Assembly: GCA_963724295.1 (NCBI GenBank)
Contig: CAVRUC010000007.1
Location: 608,001 to 672,000 of the forward strand
Source: an uncultured Chloroflexia bacterium
GTDB taxonomy: Bacteria > Chloroflexota > Chloroflexia > Thermomicrobiales > UBA6265
DNA length: 64,000 bases
Direction of reading: 5' to 3'
The notes beneath the pieces were generated by a model. That model was not told the DNA's origin. It made no database searches and saw nothing but the letters and a program-made list of their open reading frames with translations. Positions 40,515-50,513 of the stretch are shown in pieces (the stretch's first letter is position 1; each line of letters starts with the position of its first letter). The translations under genes were made by a program, and so were the position numbers.

Positions 40515-41504
40515 TCAATTCAGGTTGATCTCCGTGCCAAGTCCGCGCTCGCGGGCCCGGTCGACCGCGCGCCTGGCGACGACGACGTCCTGGACCGCGT
40601 TGCCGACTGACTTGAAGAGCGTGATCTCATCCGCGCTTTCCCGCGCCGGAGCGGCTCCGCTCGCCACCATGCCCAGCTCCCGAGCGAAGTGCTCGCGTGA
40701 CACCAATCCATCGCGCAGCGGGATGATCAGGTCACCCGCTTCGGCCAGGGCGGCGTCGACGGCGTCGACGACAACCGTGGCGCGGGCGACCGTCGCCGCC
40801 GGAAGCTCTTGCATCTCCGGCGTGTAGGCGCCGACGGCGCTGACATGGGTACCCGGACGAACATCCTCATCCCGGAACACGGGGCTGCGCGAGGTCGTTG
40901 CGGTGCAGATGATGTCCGCCTCTTGCACCGCCGCGCTCGAATCTGTCGTCGTCTCGAGATGTGACTCGATCTCGGGCCAATCGTTGCGCAACGTCTGGCG
41001 CAGCCGCTCCAATGCCTCCTCGCTGACGTCGACCGCTATCACCCGCTCGATGGGCCGCACCGCGCAGACCGCCGCGATCTGCGTGACCCCCTGCGCGCCG
41101 GCGCCAATCGCGGCCAGCACGTGGCTGTCGGCACGGGCCAGCAGATCGGCCGCGGCGCCGGAGACGGCTCCGGTCCGCAGCGCGGTGAGATAGGTCCCGT
41201 CCATGATCGCCAGCGGCTGTCCGGTTTGCGGGTCGACCAGCCCGACAATCGCGTGGATGACCGGCAGCCCGCGCTCCGGGTTACGCCGGAAGACGCTCAC
41301 CGTCTTTAGACCGAGCGCGTCCATGGCTGGGACATAGGCCGGCATGAAGAGCGCGTCCCCCTCGCGATCCTCCAGGGAGATCACCGTGCGTAAAGGAGAA
41401 ACCGTGCGTCCCGCCGAAAGCTCGCTGAAGGCCATCTTCATGAGCTCGATGGCATCCGGCATCGGTACCAGTTCGCGAATCTGGCTCCGCGTCAGGACCA
41501 GCAT
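40515..41504 (-). CDS. Ornithine cyclodeaminase/mu-crystallin family protein
   Basis: MPAY, LTALRTGA, GAGAQG, FKSVGNAVQD. Confidence 0.92.
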   Translation of the reverse strand: MLVLTRSQIRELVPMPDAIELMKMAFSELSAGRTVSPLRTVISLEDREGDALFMPAYVPAMDALGLKTVSVFRRNPERGLPVIHAIVGLVDPQTGQPLAIMDGTYLTALRTGAVSGAAADLLARADSHVLAAIGAGAQGVTQIAAVCAVRPIERVIAVDVSEEALERLRQTLRNDWPEIESHLETTTDSSAAVQEADIICTATTSRSPVFRDEDVRPGTHVSAVGAYTPEMQELPAATVARATVVVDAVDAALAEAGDLIIPLRDGLVSREHFARELGMVASGAAPARESADEITLFKSVGNAVQDVVVARRAVDRARERGLGTEINLN

Positions 41505-41713
41505 CCGCCGTGCTCCTCTCTCGACAAATGTCGTGGCGCAACTGATTCAATCACCATGTCTGGCCTCGCGGGCAGTGTCCCATATCAGGGCTGGTCTGAC
41601 TCATGCGAACGAGATTGCGGAGACCAGGACCGCTTTCACCCCTGTGCTATACATGCCAGTCGGCATAGTGGCCGATGACCCGCGGTGAGGCGAACGGCCG
41701 AGCGAGGAGCAGC

Positions 41714-43672
41714 ATGATGGCGGTTCAAGGAGATCAAGCGGCGAGTTCGAAGCGGAGCCCCACTCCGTTGCTCGACTGCATCTCCTCCCCCGCGGATCTC
41801 AAGACCTTGCCCCTCTCTCAGCTCTCCGCACTCGCCGCCGAGATTCGCCAGGAGCTGATCGACATCGTCACCCGCAACGGCGGACACCTCGGCGCGTCGC
41901 TCGGCGCCATCGAGCTGGCCATTGCGTTGCACTGGGTCTTCGATTCCCCCCGAGATCGCATCGTCTGGGACGTCGGCCATCAAGCGTACGCGCACAAGCT
42001 CCTCACGGGGCGTCGCGATCGATTCGCGACGATCCGCCAGGAGGACGGCCTCTCGGGGTTCCTGTCCCGGGACGAGAGCGAGCACGACGCCTTCGGCGCG
42101 GGACACGCTTCGACGTCGATCTCGGCCGCACTGGGTATGGCCGTCGCGTTCTCTCAGAGCGCCGAACCCGACCGGCGTGTGGCGGCGGTGATCGGCGACG
42201 GCGCGCTCACGGGAGGCATGGCCTTCGAGGCGCTGAACAACGCGGGGATCCTCGATCTTCCCTTCCTGGTGATCCTCAACGACAACGAGATGTCGATCGC
42301 GCCAAATGTCGGCGCCATGTCCCGCTATCTCGATCGGGTGCGCACCGACCCTCGCTACCATCGGGCCAAGGATGAGCTCGCCCGCATCACCGAGCGGCTG
42401 CCCCAGGGCGAGCTGCTCGTCGAGCTCGGCAAACGCTGGAAGGACTCGCTCAAGGAGTTCATCTACCACGCGATGATCTGGGAGGAGCTGGGGTTCACCT
42501 ATCTGGGTCCGATCGACGGGCACGACTCGCGCGCGCTCGTCGAAGCGTTGCGGCAAGCCACCCTGGTGCCCGGACCCGTGTTCCTGCACGTCGTGACCGA
42601 AAAAGGACGAGGCTTCGCCGGAGCGGCGACCGATCGCGAACGCGGGCACGCCGTATCGGCTCCATCGTCGCCGGGAGCGCCGCCGTCACCGCCGAAATAT
42701 CAGGACGTCTTCGCCCAGACGGTCATCGAGCTCGCCAGGGACGATCCCCGGATCATGGCTATCACCGCGGCGATGCCGACCGGGACGTCGCTCGCCAAGT
42801 TCCAGGCGGTCTATCCGGATCGCTTCTTCGACGTGGGGATTGCCGAACAGCATGCGGTCACCTTCGCCGCGGGTCTCGCCGCGGAGGGGATGCGCCCCGT
42901 CGTCGGCATCTATTCGACATTTCTGCAGCGCGCCTACGATCAGATCATTCACGACGTCTGTCTGCAACGCCTGCCGGTAACCTTCGCCATCGACCGCGCG
43001 GGATTTGCTGGAGACGACGGCCGCACGCATCACGGCATTTTCGACCTGACCTATCTGCGCTGCTTACCCAACATGACCGTCATGGCGCCGAAGGATGAGA
43101 ACGAGCTCCGCCACATGTTGAAGACGGCGCTGGACGCGGTCGATGGCCCGGTTGCGATCCGCTACCCGCGCGGCGCCGGCGTCGGATCGTCACTCACCGA
43201 CGCAGTGCATACCCTCCCCATCGGACGCGCCGAGCTGATTCGCTCCGGCCCGGACGTCGCGATTCTGGCCCTGGGGGCCATGGTGCTCACCGCCGAGCGG
43301 GCCGCCGATCTCCTTGCCGCCGAAGGCATCTCCGCATCAGTGGTCAATGCCCGGTTCGTCAAACCGCTCGACGAGAAGCTCATCCTGGATCTTGCGGCTC
43401 GCTGTGGAGCGATCGTGACCGTCGAGGAGCATGTCAAAGCCGGCGGGTTCGGATCAGCGGTTCTCGAGTGCCTGACGAGTCGGGATGTCTCTGTCCCGAC
43501 GCGGGTTCTGGCGGTCCCGGACCGTGTCTTCGAGCAGGCGACCCAGGGTCGACTACGGGAGCTCGCCGGGCTGACGGCCGTCGACGTCGCTTCGGCGGCG
43601 CGTCAACTCGTCGAGGCCAAGCAGCGGACCGGGTCCAGCAAGGTTCTCGCCTCGCGCCTGCCTGTCGGGTAG
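41714..43672 (+). CDS. dxs: 1-deoxy-D-xylulose-5-phosphate synthase
   Basis: GGHLG, WDVGHQAYAHK, GDGALTGG, LNDNEMSI, VGIAEQHA, YSTFLQRAYDQ. Confidence 0.98.
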   Translation: MMAVQGDQAASSKRSPTPLLDCISSPADLKTLPLSQLSALAAEIRQELIDIVTRNGGHLGASLGAIELAIALHWVFDSPRDRIVWDVGHQAYAHKLLTGRRDRFATIRQEDGLSGFLSRDESEHDAFGAGHASTSISAALGMAVAFSQSAEPDRRVAAVIGDGALTGGMAFEALNNAGILDLPFLVILNDNEMSIAPNVGAMSRYLDRVRTDPRYHRAKDELARITERLPQGELLVELGKRWKDSLKEFIYHAMIWEELGFTYLGPIDGHDSRALVEALRQATLVPGPVFLHVVTEKGRGFAGAATDRERGHAVSAPSSPGAPPSPPKYQDVFAQTVIELARDDPRIMAITAAMPTGTSLAKFQAVYPDRFFDVGIAEQHAVTFAAGLAAEGMRPVVGIYSTFLQRAYDQIIHDVCLQRLPVTFAIDRAGFAGDDGRTHHGIFDLTYLRCLPNMTVMAPKDENELRHMLKTALDAVDGPVAIRYPRGAGVGSSLTDAVHTLPIGRAELIRSGPDVAILALGAMVLTAERAADLLAAEGISASVVNARFVKPLDEKLILDLAARCGAIVTVEEHVKAGGFGSAVLECLTSRDVSVPTRVLAVPDRVFEQATQGRLRELAGLTAVDVASAARQLVEAKQRTGSSKVLASRLPVG

Positions 43673-43739
43673 ACTCGCCGGCATTGGGAGCGTCTCCTGG
43701 TGTTTCGCCAGGTACGCAATCGAGTCCGGCGAGGCCATC

Positions 43740-44559
43740 GTGAACCCAACCGGCGGCGCTTCGTCGCTCTCGGCCACGGCCGGGACCGACGCCGTAACGA
43801 CTCCGCTTCCGCCCCGCGATGATTGGTCCGGTCTGGAAAATGCGTCCGGGCAACTGGGCGTGTCGCTTGACGCGGATGCCTTGAGGCGCTTCGCCCGCTA
43901 CCGGGATCTTCTCCTCGAACGAAGCGCGCAATTCAATCTGACGGCGATCCGCGAACCTGAAGAAATCGAACAGCGGCTCTTTCTGGATGCGATCGCCATG
44001 ATCCCGGAGCTCGACCGTCTCGCTGACGCTGGTGGTGATCGAGCCGGCCGCTCGCCGCGACTGATCGACGTAGGCGCCGGCGCCGGGTTCCCCGGACTGG
44101 CCATGAAGATCGTCCGTCCCGATCTCGACGTGACGCTTGTAGACGCCACGGCCAAGAAAGTTGCCTTCATCAACGAGGTCATCACCGCGCTCGAGCTGGA
44201 TCATGTCCGAGCCGTGCAGGGCCGCGCCGAAGATCTGGGACAGGATGGCGCCTACCGGGCGCGGTTCGACATCGCCACGGCACGCGCCGTCGCAACCCTA
44301 CCGGTCCTCCTGGAGTACGTCGTCCCGTTTCTCACCCTCGGCGGAACCGCGCTTCTCCCTAAAGGGTTAGAGATCGCAGAAGAGCTGCGGCGCGGCCGGC
44401 GCGCCGCCGCGGCACTTGGGGCCGAGATCGTCTCGACGGCGGCACTAGCGGTCGGTACGACGAGGTTGGTTGTGGTTCGCAAGATTGCGCCGACGGCTGT
44501 CGCCGTACCCACGCCGGGTGGGTATCCCCAGCCGCGAGCCGCTCGGCGAAAGGTCCTGA
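43740..44559 (+). CDS. rsmG: 16S rRNA m7G527 methyltransferase; apparent 1-nt frameshift near 44504
   Basis: FNLTAI, DVGAGAGFPG, GRAE, TARAVA. Removing one base gives the conserved tail YPRRVGIPSREPL and a stop at 44557-44559. Confidence 0.92.
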
Positions 44560-44565
44560 CCGGCG

Positions 44566-45132
44566 ATGGCTGCACGGATCTTCTATCGCAAAGAGAAGCT
44601 CCGCGGCGCGTGCTGGGAATATCAGGTCGCGGGCGGCTGGATCGCGGTGCCGACCGACGAGGGTCCGCGGCGCCTGCTCCACCATCGATTCGCGTTTTAC
44701 CGAGCCCGTGAAGTCGAGGTGCGCACCCCGCATGGCACCGAGCGCCTCTCTCGCACCGGCGCCGAGCAGTGGTTCTTCCCCGATCGCTGGTTCTCGCTGC
44801 TGCGGTTCACCACAACCGACGATCGGACCGTCGGCTACTATGTGAACTTCTCCCGCCCGCTGATGGAGCTCCGCGAGAACTACTACCGCGATCTCGACCT
44901 GGAGCTCGACCTGTGGATCGAACCGGACGGCACGGCGACAGAGCTCGATCGTGACGAGTTCGTTGCTGAGCTCGAAGCCGAGCGCCTCACTCCGGAATGG
45001 GCGACGGCGGTCGACGAAGCCTGCGCCAACGTTGCCCGCGCGGTCGAGATGAGCCTGGCCCAGGTTGGTCCTGACATCGAGCAGGACCGTGATCCGGCAA
45101 CCGGCATACCCCGCTTCATTTTGCGCGCTTGA
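44566..45132 (+). CDS. DUF402 domain protein
   Basis: YYVNF..P, DLDLELDLWI.PDG....LDRDEF. Confidence 0.85.
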   Translation: MAARIFYRKEKLRGACWEYQVAGGWIAVPTDEGPRRLLHHRFAFYRAREVEVRTPHGTERLSRTGAEQWFFPDRWFSLLRFTTTDDRTVGYYVNFSRPLMELRENYYRDLDLELDLWIEPDGTATELDRDEFVAELEAERLTPEWATAVDEACANVARAVEMSLAQVGPDIEQDRDPATGIPRFILRA

Positions 45133-45291
45133 GCGAAAAGTGCGCCCTGCCAACGCGATCATCGCGAACACTGAGTGCGTGCACGGAGTACTCGCCCTGC
45201 TAGCCGAGGCGCTCAAGTCAGTTAGGTATCATGCGGGCACGGCCGGAGCGGTCCGTTCGTGTCAACGCTCGCCAATGCGGGAGGCGTCGAG

Positions 45292-47571
45292 GTGTTGAAC
45301 GCCCGATTTGCAGCGCTTGTCACGATCCTGATCTTGATCTCCACCCTCGTCTCACCAGCGATGTTCGCCCAGGAGAGTGCAGAGCTACCGCCCGGCATCC
45401 GTAGCGTCGAGGTGGACGGCCAGCCACTCGACGCCGTCACGGTGCCGGTCACGAACAACCCAACGCCGGAAATCTCCGGCCGGGTCGATCTCGGCGTGAC
45501 GGCCGTCGAACTGGTTGTCGGTGATGACGGCGCCATCCGGGTTACGGCGGAGCTCGACGATCGCGGGCGTTTCCGTGCCGCCGTGCCACAGGCGCTGCCG
45601 GAAGGCCAGCATTCCCTCGCCATCAATGATCTTCCCGTCGGCTCGTTCGCGGTCGACAGCGCCGCTCAGGTCACGGACGAGACCGGTCAGGCCGCGGACG
45701 AGGCCAGGCAGGCTCGCGATCGGGAGCCGTTCCTCGACATTGCTCGGGTCGTGCCCTATCCCGTGGACTTTGGCGATGCCCTGCCCGGGATCGGCTTGCT
45801 TGATGGTCGTTTTTTTACACTCGAGGAAGAAGCCGCTCGCACCGCCGCGGCCGCGGATGAGACAACAGCGCAACAGGTGCGTGACACGCAACGGAGTCTT
45901 GGCGAAGCCGGTTGGCTGCAGCGCTACGAGAACCGGCTGGCGGCACCCAACACCGCTAACCCCGACACATTCGATCTTCAGATATCGTCGTTCGTGGTTG
46001 AGTATGCGTCTGGGGACCATGCCAGCGCGGCTTTTGCCACGTTAGCCGGCGCTGATCCCGGGGTTGAGTTCCCTCGTATCGGCGACGAGTCTACGCTCAC
46101 GCTGATGAGCGGCGTGACGCCGGACACCGAAGCGGAATACCAGGCCGCGCGCCTGGTCTTCCGGGTCGGCCCCATGCTCGCCATGATCGTCTATGCCGAT
46201 CTGTTGAATCAGCAGCCGGATCTCGCGCTCCTCGAAAGCGTTGCCCAGAGCGTCGCTGCCCGGGCGGCCGTCGTCGCCGATCGCGAGACCGTCTCGCTGG
46301 GCGCCATGGCATTGCGGCTCGACCCGTCGGACGCCACGGACCGTCTGGTGCGACGCGACATCTACGACGTTCGTGCCGGTGCCCTGACGGCGCTTTTTGC
46401 CGAAGACGAAGCGACTCGGGACGACCGGATCGAGACCTTCACCGGCACGACCGACGCCTTCTCCTCGATGACCGAGGGCACGTTCGCCGTCGACGGCGGA
46501 AATAGCGGCAACCGAGAGCCGGAACCTGCCACGCCCGCTGCACCAGCGCCAACATCGGTCATATCTATCGAAGGCGAGTCCGCAAACTCCACGAATTCGG
46601 TCATTATCGCGACCCCTCGGGCGATCGAGACCGAAAGTGACAACGAAGCAGACGAGCCCGATGCGGTGCAGGTCTCCGCAACGAGTGCCCTCTATGCATT
46701 CCCCGGAGAGGCCGAGGCTGATACGTGGCTCATGGCGAACCAGGAGCGATTAGCGGCCGGCGCCGCATCAGGCGAAGAAACCTTCGTTGAAGTGCCAGAT
46801 GCTCCCGAGTTTGGCGACGATTCCGTCACGTTCAAGACAGATACGGCGCCTGACGCCGATGAACGGACGGCTGAGGGATTCCGCATTCTTGCCCGCGTTG
46901 GCGCCATTGTCGCGGACTTCGACATCGCCAGCAGCGCCGACCTGCCGTTGAATGACGTGGCCAGGCTGATGGAGTTCCAGGTTGAGTGCATCGAAGCCGG
47001 GGGATGCACTGGACTCGCGTCTCTGTCGGGACGCCTCGTCGAGTTCGAGATCGTAGAGCCCCGGTCGCCAGTAACCACAGAGCCCACTGAGGTCCCAAGG
47101 GAGAGGCCAACTCGAGAGCGGACCGAAGAACCTGCCGCCCCAGTCGTGGAAGCGGAACCACCGCCGGTCGAGGAACCTGCTCCGCCACCGGTTGAGGAAC
47201 CAACGCCCGAGCCGGTTGAGGAACCGACGGTTGCGCCGGTTGAGGAACCGACGGTTGCGCCGGTTGAAGAGACGCCCCCAGCCGAGGAACCCGGCGAAGA
47301 GGCGACCCCGCCCGTGACCGAGGAGCCCACGCCGCCCCCGGCCGAAGAAGTGAGCCCAACGCCGGCTCCGGAGGTGGAGCCCACCCCGGTGACTGAGCCT
47401 ACGCCGTCGCCGGTCGAGGAGCCGACTCCGATTCCGGACGAGGAACCCACTCCTGTACCAGATGTGGTGCCCACGCCGGCGCCGGTCGTGGAACCTACAC
47501 CTGAGCCCGAAAACGATCGCGAAAACGACCGCAGGAACGCGAGAGACCGAATCCGTGACCGATTGGACTGA
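45292..47571 (+). CDS. Large secreted protein with Ig-like N-terminus and Pro/Glu/Thr-rich tail
   Basis: Signal peptide ending FAQ; TNNPTPEISG...LPEGQHSL Ig-like segment; repeated xEEPTxxP units. Confidence 0.85.
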   Translation: MLNARFAALVTILILISTLVSPAMFAQESAELPPGIRSVEVDGQPLDAVTVPVTNNPTPEISGRVDLGVTAVELVVGDDGAIRVTAELDDRGRFRAAVPQALPEGQHSLAINDLPVGSFAVDSAAQVTDETGQAADEARQARDREPFLDIARVVPYPVDFGDALPGIGLLDGRFFTLEEEAARTAAAADETTAQQVRDTQRSLGEAGWLQRYENRLAAPNTANPDTFDLQISSFVVEYASGDHASAAFATLAGADPGVEFPRIGDESTLTLMSGVTPDTEAEYQAARLVFRVGPMLAMIVYADLLNQQPDLALLESVAQSVAARAAVVADRETVSLGAMALRLDPSDATDRLVRRDIYDVRAGALTALFAEDEATRDDRIETFTGTTDAFSSMTEGTFAVDGGNSGNREPEPATPAAPAPTSVISIEGESANSTNSVIIATPRAIETESDNEADEPDAVQVSATSALYAFPGEAEADTWLMANQERLAAGAASGEETFVEVPDAPEFGDDSVTFKTDTAPDADERTAEGFRILARVGAIVADFDIASSADLPLNDVARLMEFQVECIEAGGCTGLASLSGRLVEFEIVEPRSPVTTEPTEVPRERPTRERTEEPAAPVVEAEPPPVEEPAPPPVEEPTPEPVEEPTVAPVEEPTVAPVEETPPAEEPGEEATPPVTEEPTPPPAEEVSPTPAPEVEPTPVTEPTPSPVEEPTPIPDEEPTPVPDVVPTPAPVVEPTPEPENDRENDRRNARDRIRDRLD
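47160..47505 (+). repeat. Coding 24-bp tandem repeats (VEEPTxxP)
   Basis: For example CCGGTTGAGGAACCGACGGTTGCG occurs twice in tandem, among degenerate copies. Confidence 0.85.
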
Positions 47572-47601
47572 TCGTCAGACTCGACGTGCCGCCGGGCGGC
47601 T

Positions 47602-48159
47602 CTAGATGTCCTCGGGCCGAAGTCCCGGTGTCCGCCGTACGATGCCGATCGACCGGTCATATTGGAGGCGCCGCGCCGGGTCGCTCAGGCACTCCCGGGC
47701 CTCGATGATCTCTCGCATGCGAAGCGACGCCTGGGGATCGGACGAGGTGTCCGGGTGGTACTTCATGGCCAGGCGGCGAAACGCCGCTTCTATGACCTCA
47801 GGGTCCGCGGCGGGATCGACCTGGAGCGTCTGGTAATACGTCCGCTCGCCGCCGTCGCCAATCGTGGCAACGGCGGCGTTTCGCAGGCGAGCCAGGAGCT
47901 CCGGCTCGGTCAGCACCTGGTCGAGAAACGATTGCCGCATCTCCGCCGGGACCGCAAACCGTTGCGTGCAGGACCGGCACTCGAGCACCATCTGCTCGCG
48001 CACCGAGAAGGTCGGGATCGAGTAGAGCGTCACTTTTCGCTTCGAGTCGAAAACCGCGAACGGACCCGACGACTTGCACTTCTGGCAGGTCAGCAAGAGG
48101 AAGCCCTTCGGCTCAAGGAAATCCTTGGCGCTCAGGCCATAGAGAAGCGGCAAAACCAT
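47602..48159 (-). CDS. Zinc-ribbon + DnaJ-domain protein
   Basis: CQKC...CRSC; YYQTLQV...AAFRRLAMKYHPD J-domain. Confidence 0.88.
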   Translation of the reverse strand: MVLPLLYGLSAKDFLEPKGFLLLTCQKCKSSGPFAVFDSKRKVTLYSIPTFSVREQMVLECRSCTQRFAVPAEMRQSFLDQVLTEPELLARLRNAAVATIGDGGERTYYQTLQVDPAADPEVIEAAFRRLAMKYHPDTSSDPQASLRMREIIEARECLSDPARRLQYDRSIGIVRRTPGLRPEDI

Positions 48160-48296
48160 AGCTGAAGTCAGTTGGCTCCCGGAATGATCGTGAAGGTGCT
48201 GATTCTAGTCGCTGATGATACCCCGCAACCGCCACTTGATGGGTCGCGCGGCAATTTGGCCACCGTGCAATCGTGGTTCAGAAACTTGCCGGACCG

Positions 48297-48626
48297 TCAC
48301 TCATCGCGGCTTCGCCCGGCTTCGCGCTCTGCTCGGCGCGCCTCGCGCCGCTGCTGGCGCTCTCGCTCGGACTCCGCTCCTTCTGCCGCATGGCCCGCCG
48401 TGCCGGTGTCGCCAGCGGCTGGGCGAGGCGCGACGCGGAGAACACCCTCACCGCGAATGACTTCGACGGCAATCCCATGCCTCTCAGCCCGCCTGCCAAC
48501 CTTCGCTGTCCGGCGCGCGTAGTCGCGCTCGGTCGCGCAGGGAATCTCCGCCGTCTTGCCCTGGCGCAGGAGATCGAAGACAGCGCTCCAATTGACGTCG
48601 CCATCTTCCTTCGAAACGTCTGACAC
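48297..48626 (-). CDS. Small hypothetical protein
   Basis: GGAGG RBS before GTG at 48626; lies directly downstream of hemE. Confidence 0.7.
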   Translation of the reverse strand: MSDVSKEDGDVNWSAVFDLLRQGKTAEIPCATERDYARRTAKVGRRAERHGIAVEVIRGEGVLRVAPRPAAGDTGTAGHAAEGAESERERQQRREARRAEREAGRSRDE

Positions 48627-48652
48627 GGTCTGGTCCTCCAATCGCGACGCGC

Positions 48653-49723
48653 TCAGGTCTCTCCGTGAACGAGACCAACGATACGCGCCAACGTCTCCGG
48701 GTCGCTCTCGGGAAGGATGCCATGCCCGAGATTGAAGATGTGTCCCGCTCGCCCACCCACCCGTTCCAGCACGTCGCGGACGCCGGCCTCGACCGCCGGC
48801 CACGGCGCAAGCGCCAGCGCGGGATCGAGATTCCCCTGGATGGCAACGTGCGAGCCGAGACGCTCCCAGGCAACGTCCAGCGGCAATCGCCAGTCGACGC
48901 TGACGACAGCGCACCCGCTGCCGCCAATCGCTCCCAACAGCGACGTGGTCCCCGTGCTGAAGTGGATCGTCGGCGCCAGCGGCGCAACCTCGGCAAAGAT
49001 GCGTCGCGTGTATGGCAGCACCATTGTCGCGTGGCTGTTGGGATCGAGCAGGCCCAACCAAGAATCGAAGAGCTGCACCGCGTCGGCGCCGGCGGCAATC
49101 TGGGCTTTCAGGTAATCCACGGTGACCTCGGTCAACCGCTCCATCAGCCGGTGCCAGACCTCAGGTTGGCCATACATCAGCGCCTTGGCCCGCGGAAACT
49201 CCCGTGCCGGTCCGCCTTCGATCAAGTAGCACGCCAGCGTAAACGGCGCGCCGGCAAAACCGAGCAACGCCGCCCGATCGCCGAGCGCGGCCTTCGTCAG
49301 TCGCAGCGCCTCCATCACATACGGCGTTGCCTCTCGCGCCGGAACGAAGCTGAGGCGCTCGACGTCGGCGGCGGACCGAATCGGCGCGGCCACGATCGGG
49401 CCAACGCCGGGCCGAATTTCGAACGGCACGCCGATGCAGGCCAGCGGCAGCATGATGTCCGCGAAGAGCACCGCCGCATCGACGCCCAGGCGGTCGACTG
49501 GCATGAGCGTGGCGCGGGCGGCAAGTTCCGGCGTGGTGGCCACGGTCATGAAGTCGTGCCGCTCCCGGAGCGCGCGGTATTCGGGCAAGGAGCGGCCCGC
49601 CTGTCGCATGAACCAGACGGGTGTCACGTCTGCCGGTTTCATATGCGCCGCGGCGAGGAAGCGCTGGCGGCCCGTCATGGGGATGGTTCCCGGCGAGGCG
49701 CCGGCCGCGGTGGAAACGGTCAC
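48653..49723 (-). CDS. hemE: Uroporphyrinogen decarboxylase
   Basis: PVWFMRQAGRSLPEYR, FADIM, GAPFTLACY, QGNLDP, FNLGHGI. Confidence 0.97.
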   Translation of the reverse strand: MTVSTAAGASPGTIPMTGRQRFLAAAHMKPADVTPVWFMRQAGRSLPEYRALRERHDFMTVATTPELAARATLMPVDRLGVDAAVLFADIMLPLACIGVPFEIRPGVGPIVAAPIRSAADVERLSFVPAREATPYVMEALRLTKAALGDRAALLGFAGAPFTLACYLIEGGPAREFPRAKALMYGQPEVWHRLMERLTEVTVDYLKAQIAAGADAVQLFDSWLGLLDPNSHATMVLPYTRRIFAEVAPLAPTIHFSTGTTSLLGAIGGSGCAVVSVDWRLPLDVAWERLGSHVAIQGNLDPALALAPWPAVEAGVRDVLERVGGRAGHIFNLGHGILPESDPETLARIVGLVHGET

Positions 49724-49726
49724 GGC

Positions 49727-50473
49727 CTAGGCCAGTACGGCTTCGCGGCTCACCGCCAGAGCCTGGAGCATCCCCCTCGCCGTCGTGGCGACGCAGGTAA
49801 ATACCGGCACATCGATCTGGGTGTAGGCGCTCGACACGGACCCCCGCAGCTCCTGCACCAGGTCGAGGAAGTCGCCAGGGTGATCGCTCTCGAAGGCAAG
49901 CACGAACTCCGGATCGTCCAGGCCGAACGCGTAGGTCGTATTGATCTTGACGGAGGAGTACGTCGCGCCGATGGCGATGTGTTGATTCATGATCTGCTGG
50001 CGTTCCTCCGCCGGCAGCCCGTACCACTCCCGCATCTTGGTCAGCGGGTAGACGAACAGGTATTTGTGTGCGCCCGGGGCGAGCGCTAGCCGCGTGGCGC
50101 GGTCCTCACCGGGTCCGGCGTACTTTTCGACGTACGACGAGCTCTTCGTCATCGAGAGATAGGAATAAGGTGTGGAGAGATAGCCCCCGAGCGCGGTTCC
50201 CAGCAGCTCACCGGCCATCTGCTGGATGTCCTCGATCTCGTAGCTCACCTGCCAGATCATGAAGTCCGTATCGCCGCGCGTTCCCATCGTCGAGTAGCAG
50301 CGAACCAGATTTCGACCCTCCCAGGACTCGACGACCGCGGCCAGCTCGGCGATCTGGCGTTGTCGCTCCTCGCCTTCAAGTCGCCGCCACTCGGGCGCGA
50401 CCTTGAAAAAGGTGAATTTCACCAGTTGCCGCTGACCAGGTCGCGGCTGGAACCCCAGCTCGTCTCGGCTCAC
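49727..50473 (-). CDS. chdC: Coproheme decarboxylase (chlorite dismutase superfamily)
   Basis: YPLTK..EWY.LP.EER..IM..H, FGLDD.EFV..FE; no distal Arg evident; located within the heme operon. Confidence 0.82.
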   Translation of the reverse strand: MSRDELGFQPRPGQRQLVKFTFFKVAPEWRRLEGEERQRQIAELAAVVESWEGRNLVRCYSTMGTRGDTDFMIWQVSYEIEDIQQMAGELLGTALGGYLSTPYSYLSMTKSSSYVEKYAGPGEDRATRLALAPGAHKYLFVYPLTKMREWYGLPAEERQQIMNQHIAIGATYSSVKINTTYAFGLDDPEFVLAFESDHPGDFLDLVQELRGSVSSAYTQIDVPVFTCVATTARGMLQALAVSREAVLA

Positions 50474-50513
50474 AGGCTCTCCTTCGCCACGACGGCGGAT
50501 TTGCTGTCCAGCG

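Noticed and set aside
47160..47505. Periodic repeats as a CRISPR array
   Set aside because: In-frame 24-bp coding repeats without unique spacers; no cas genes
49727..50473. Chlorite dismutase (perchlorate metabolism)
   Set aside because: Heme-operon context, YPxxK motif and no evident distal Arg indicate coproheme decarboxylase
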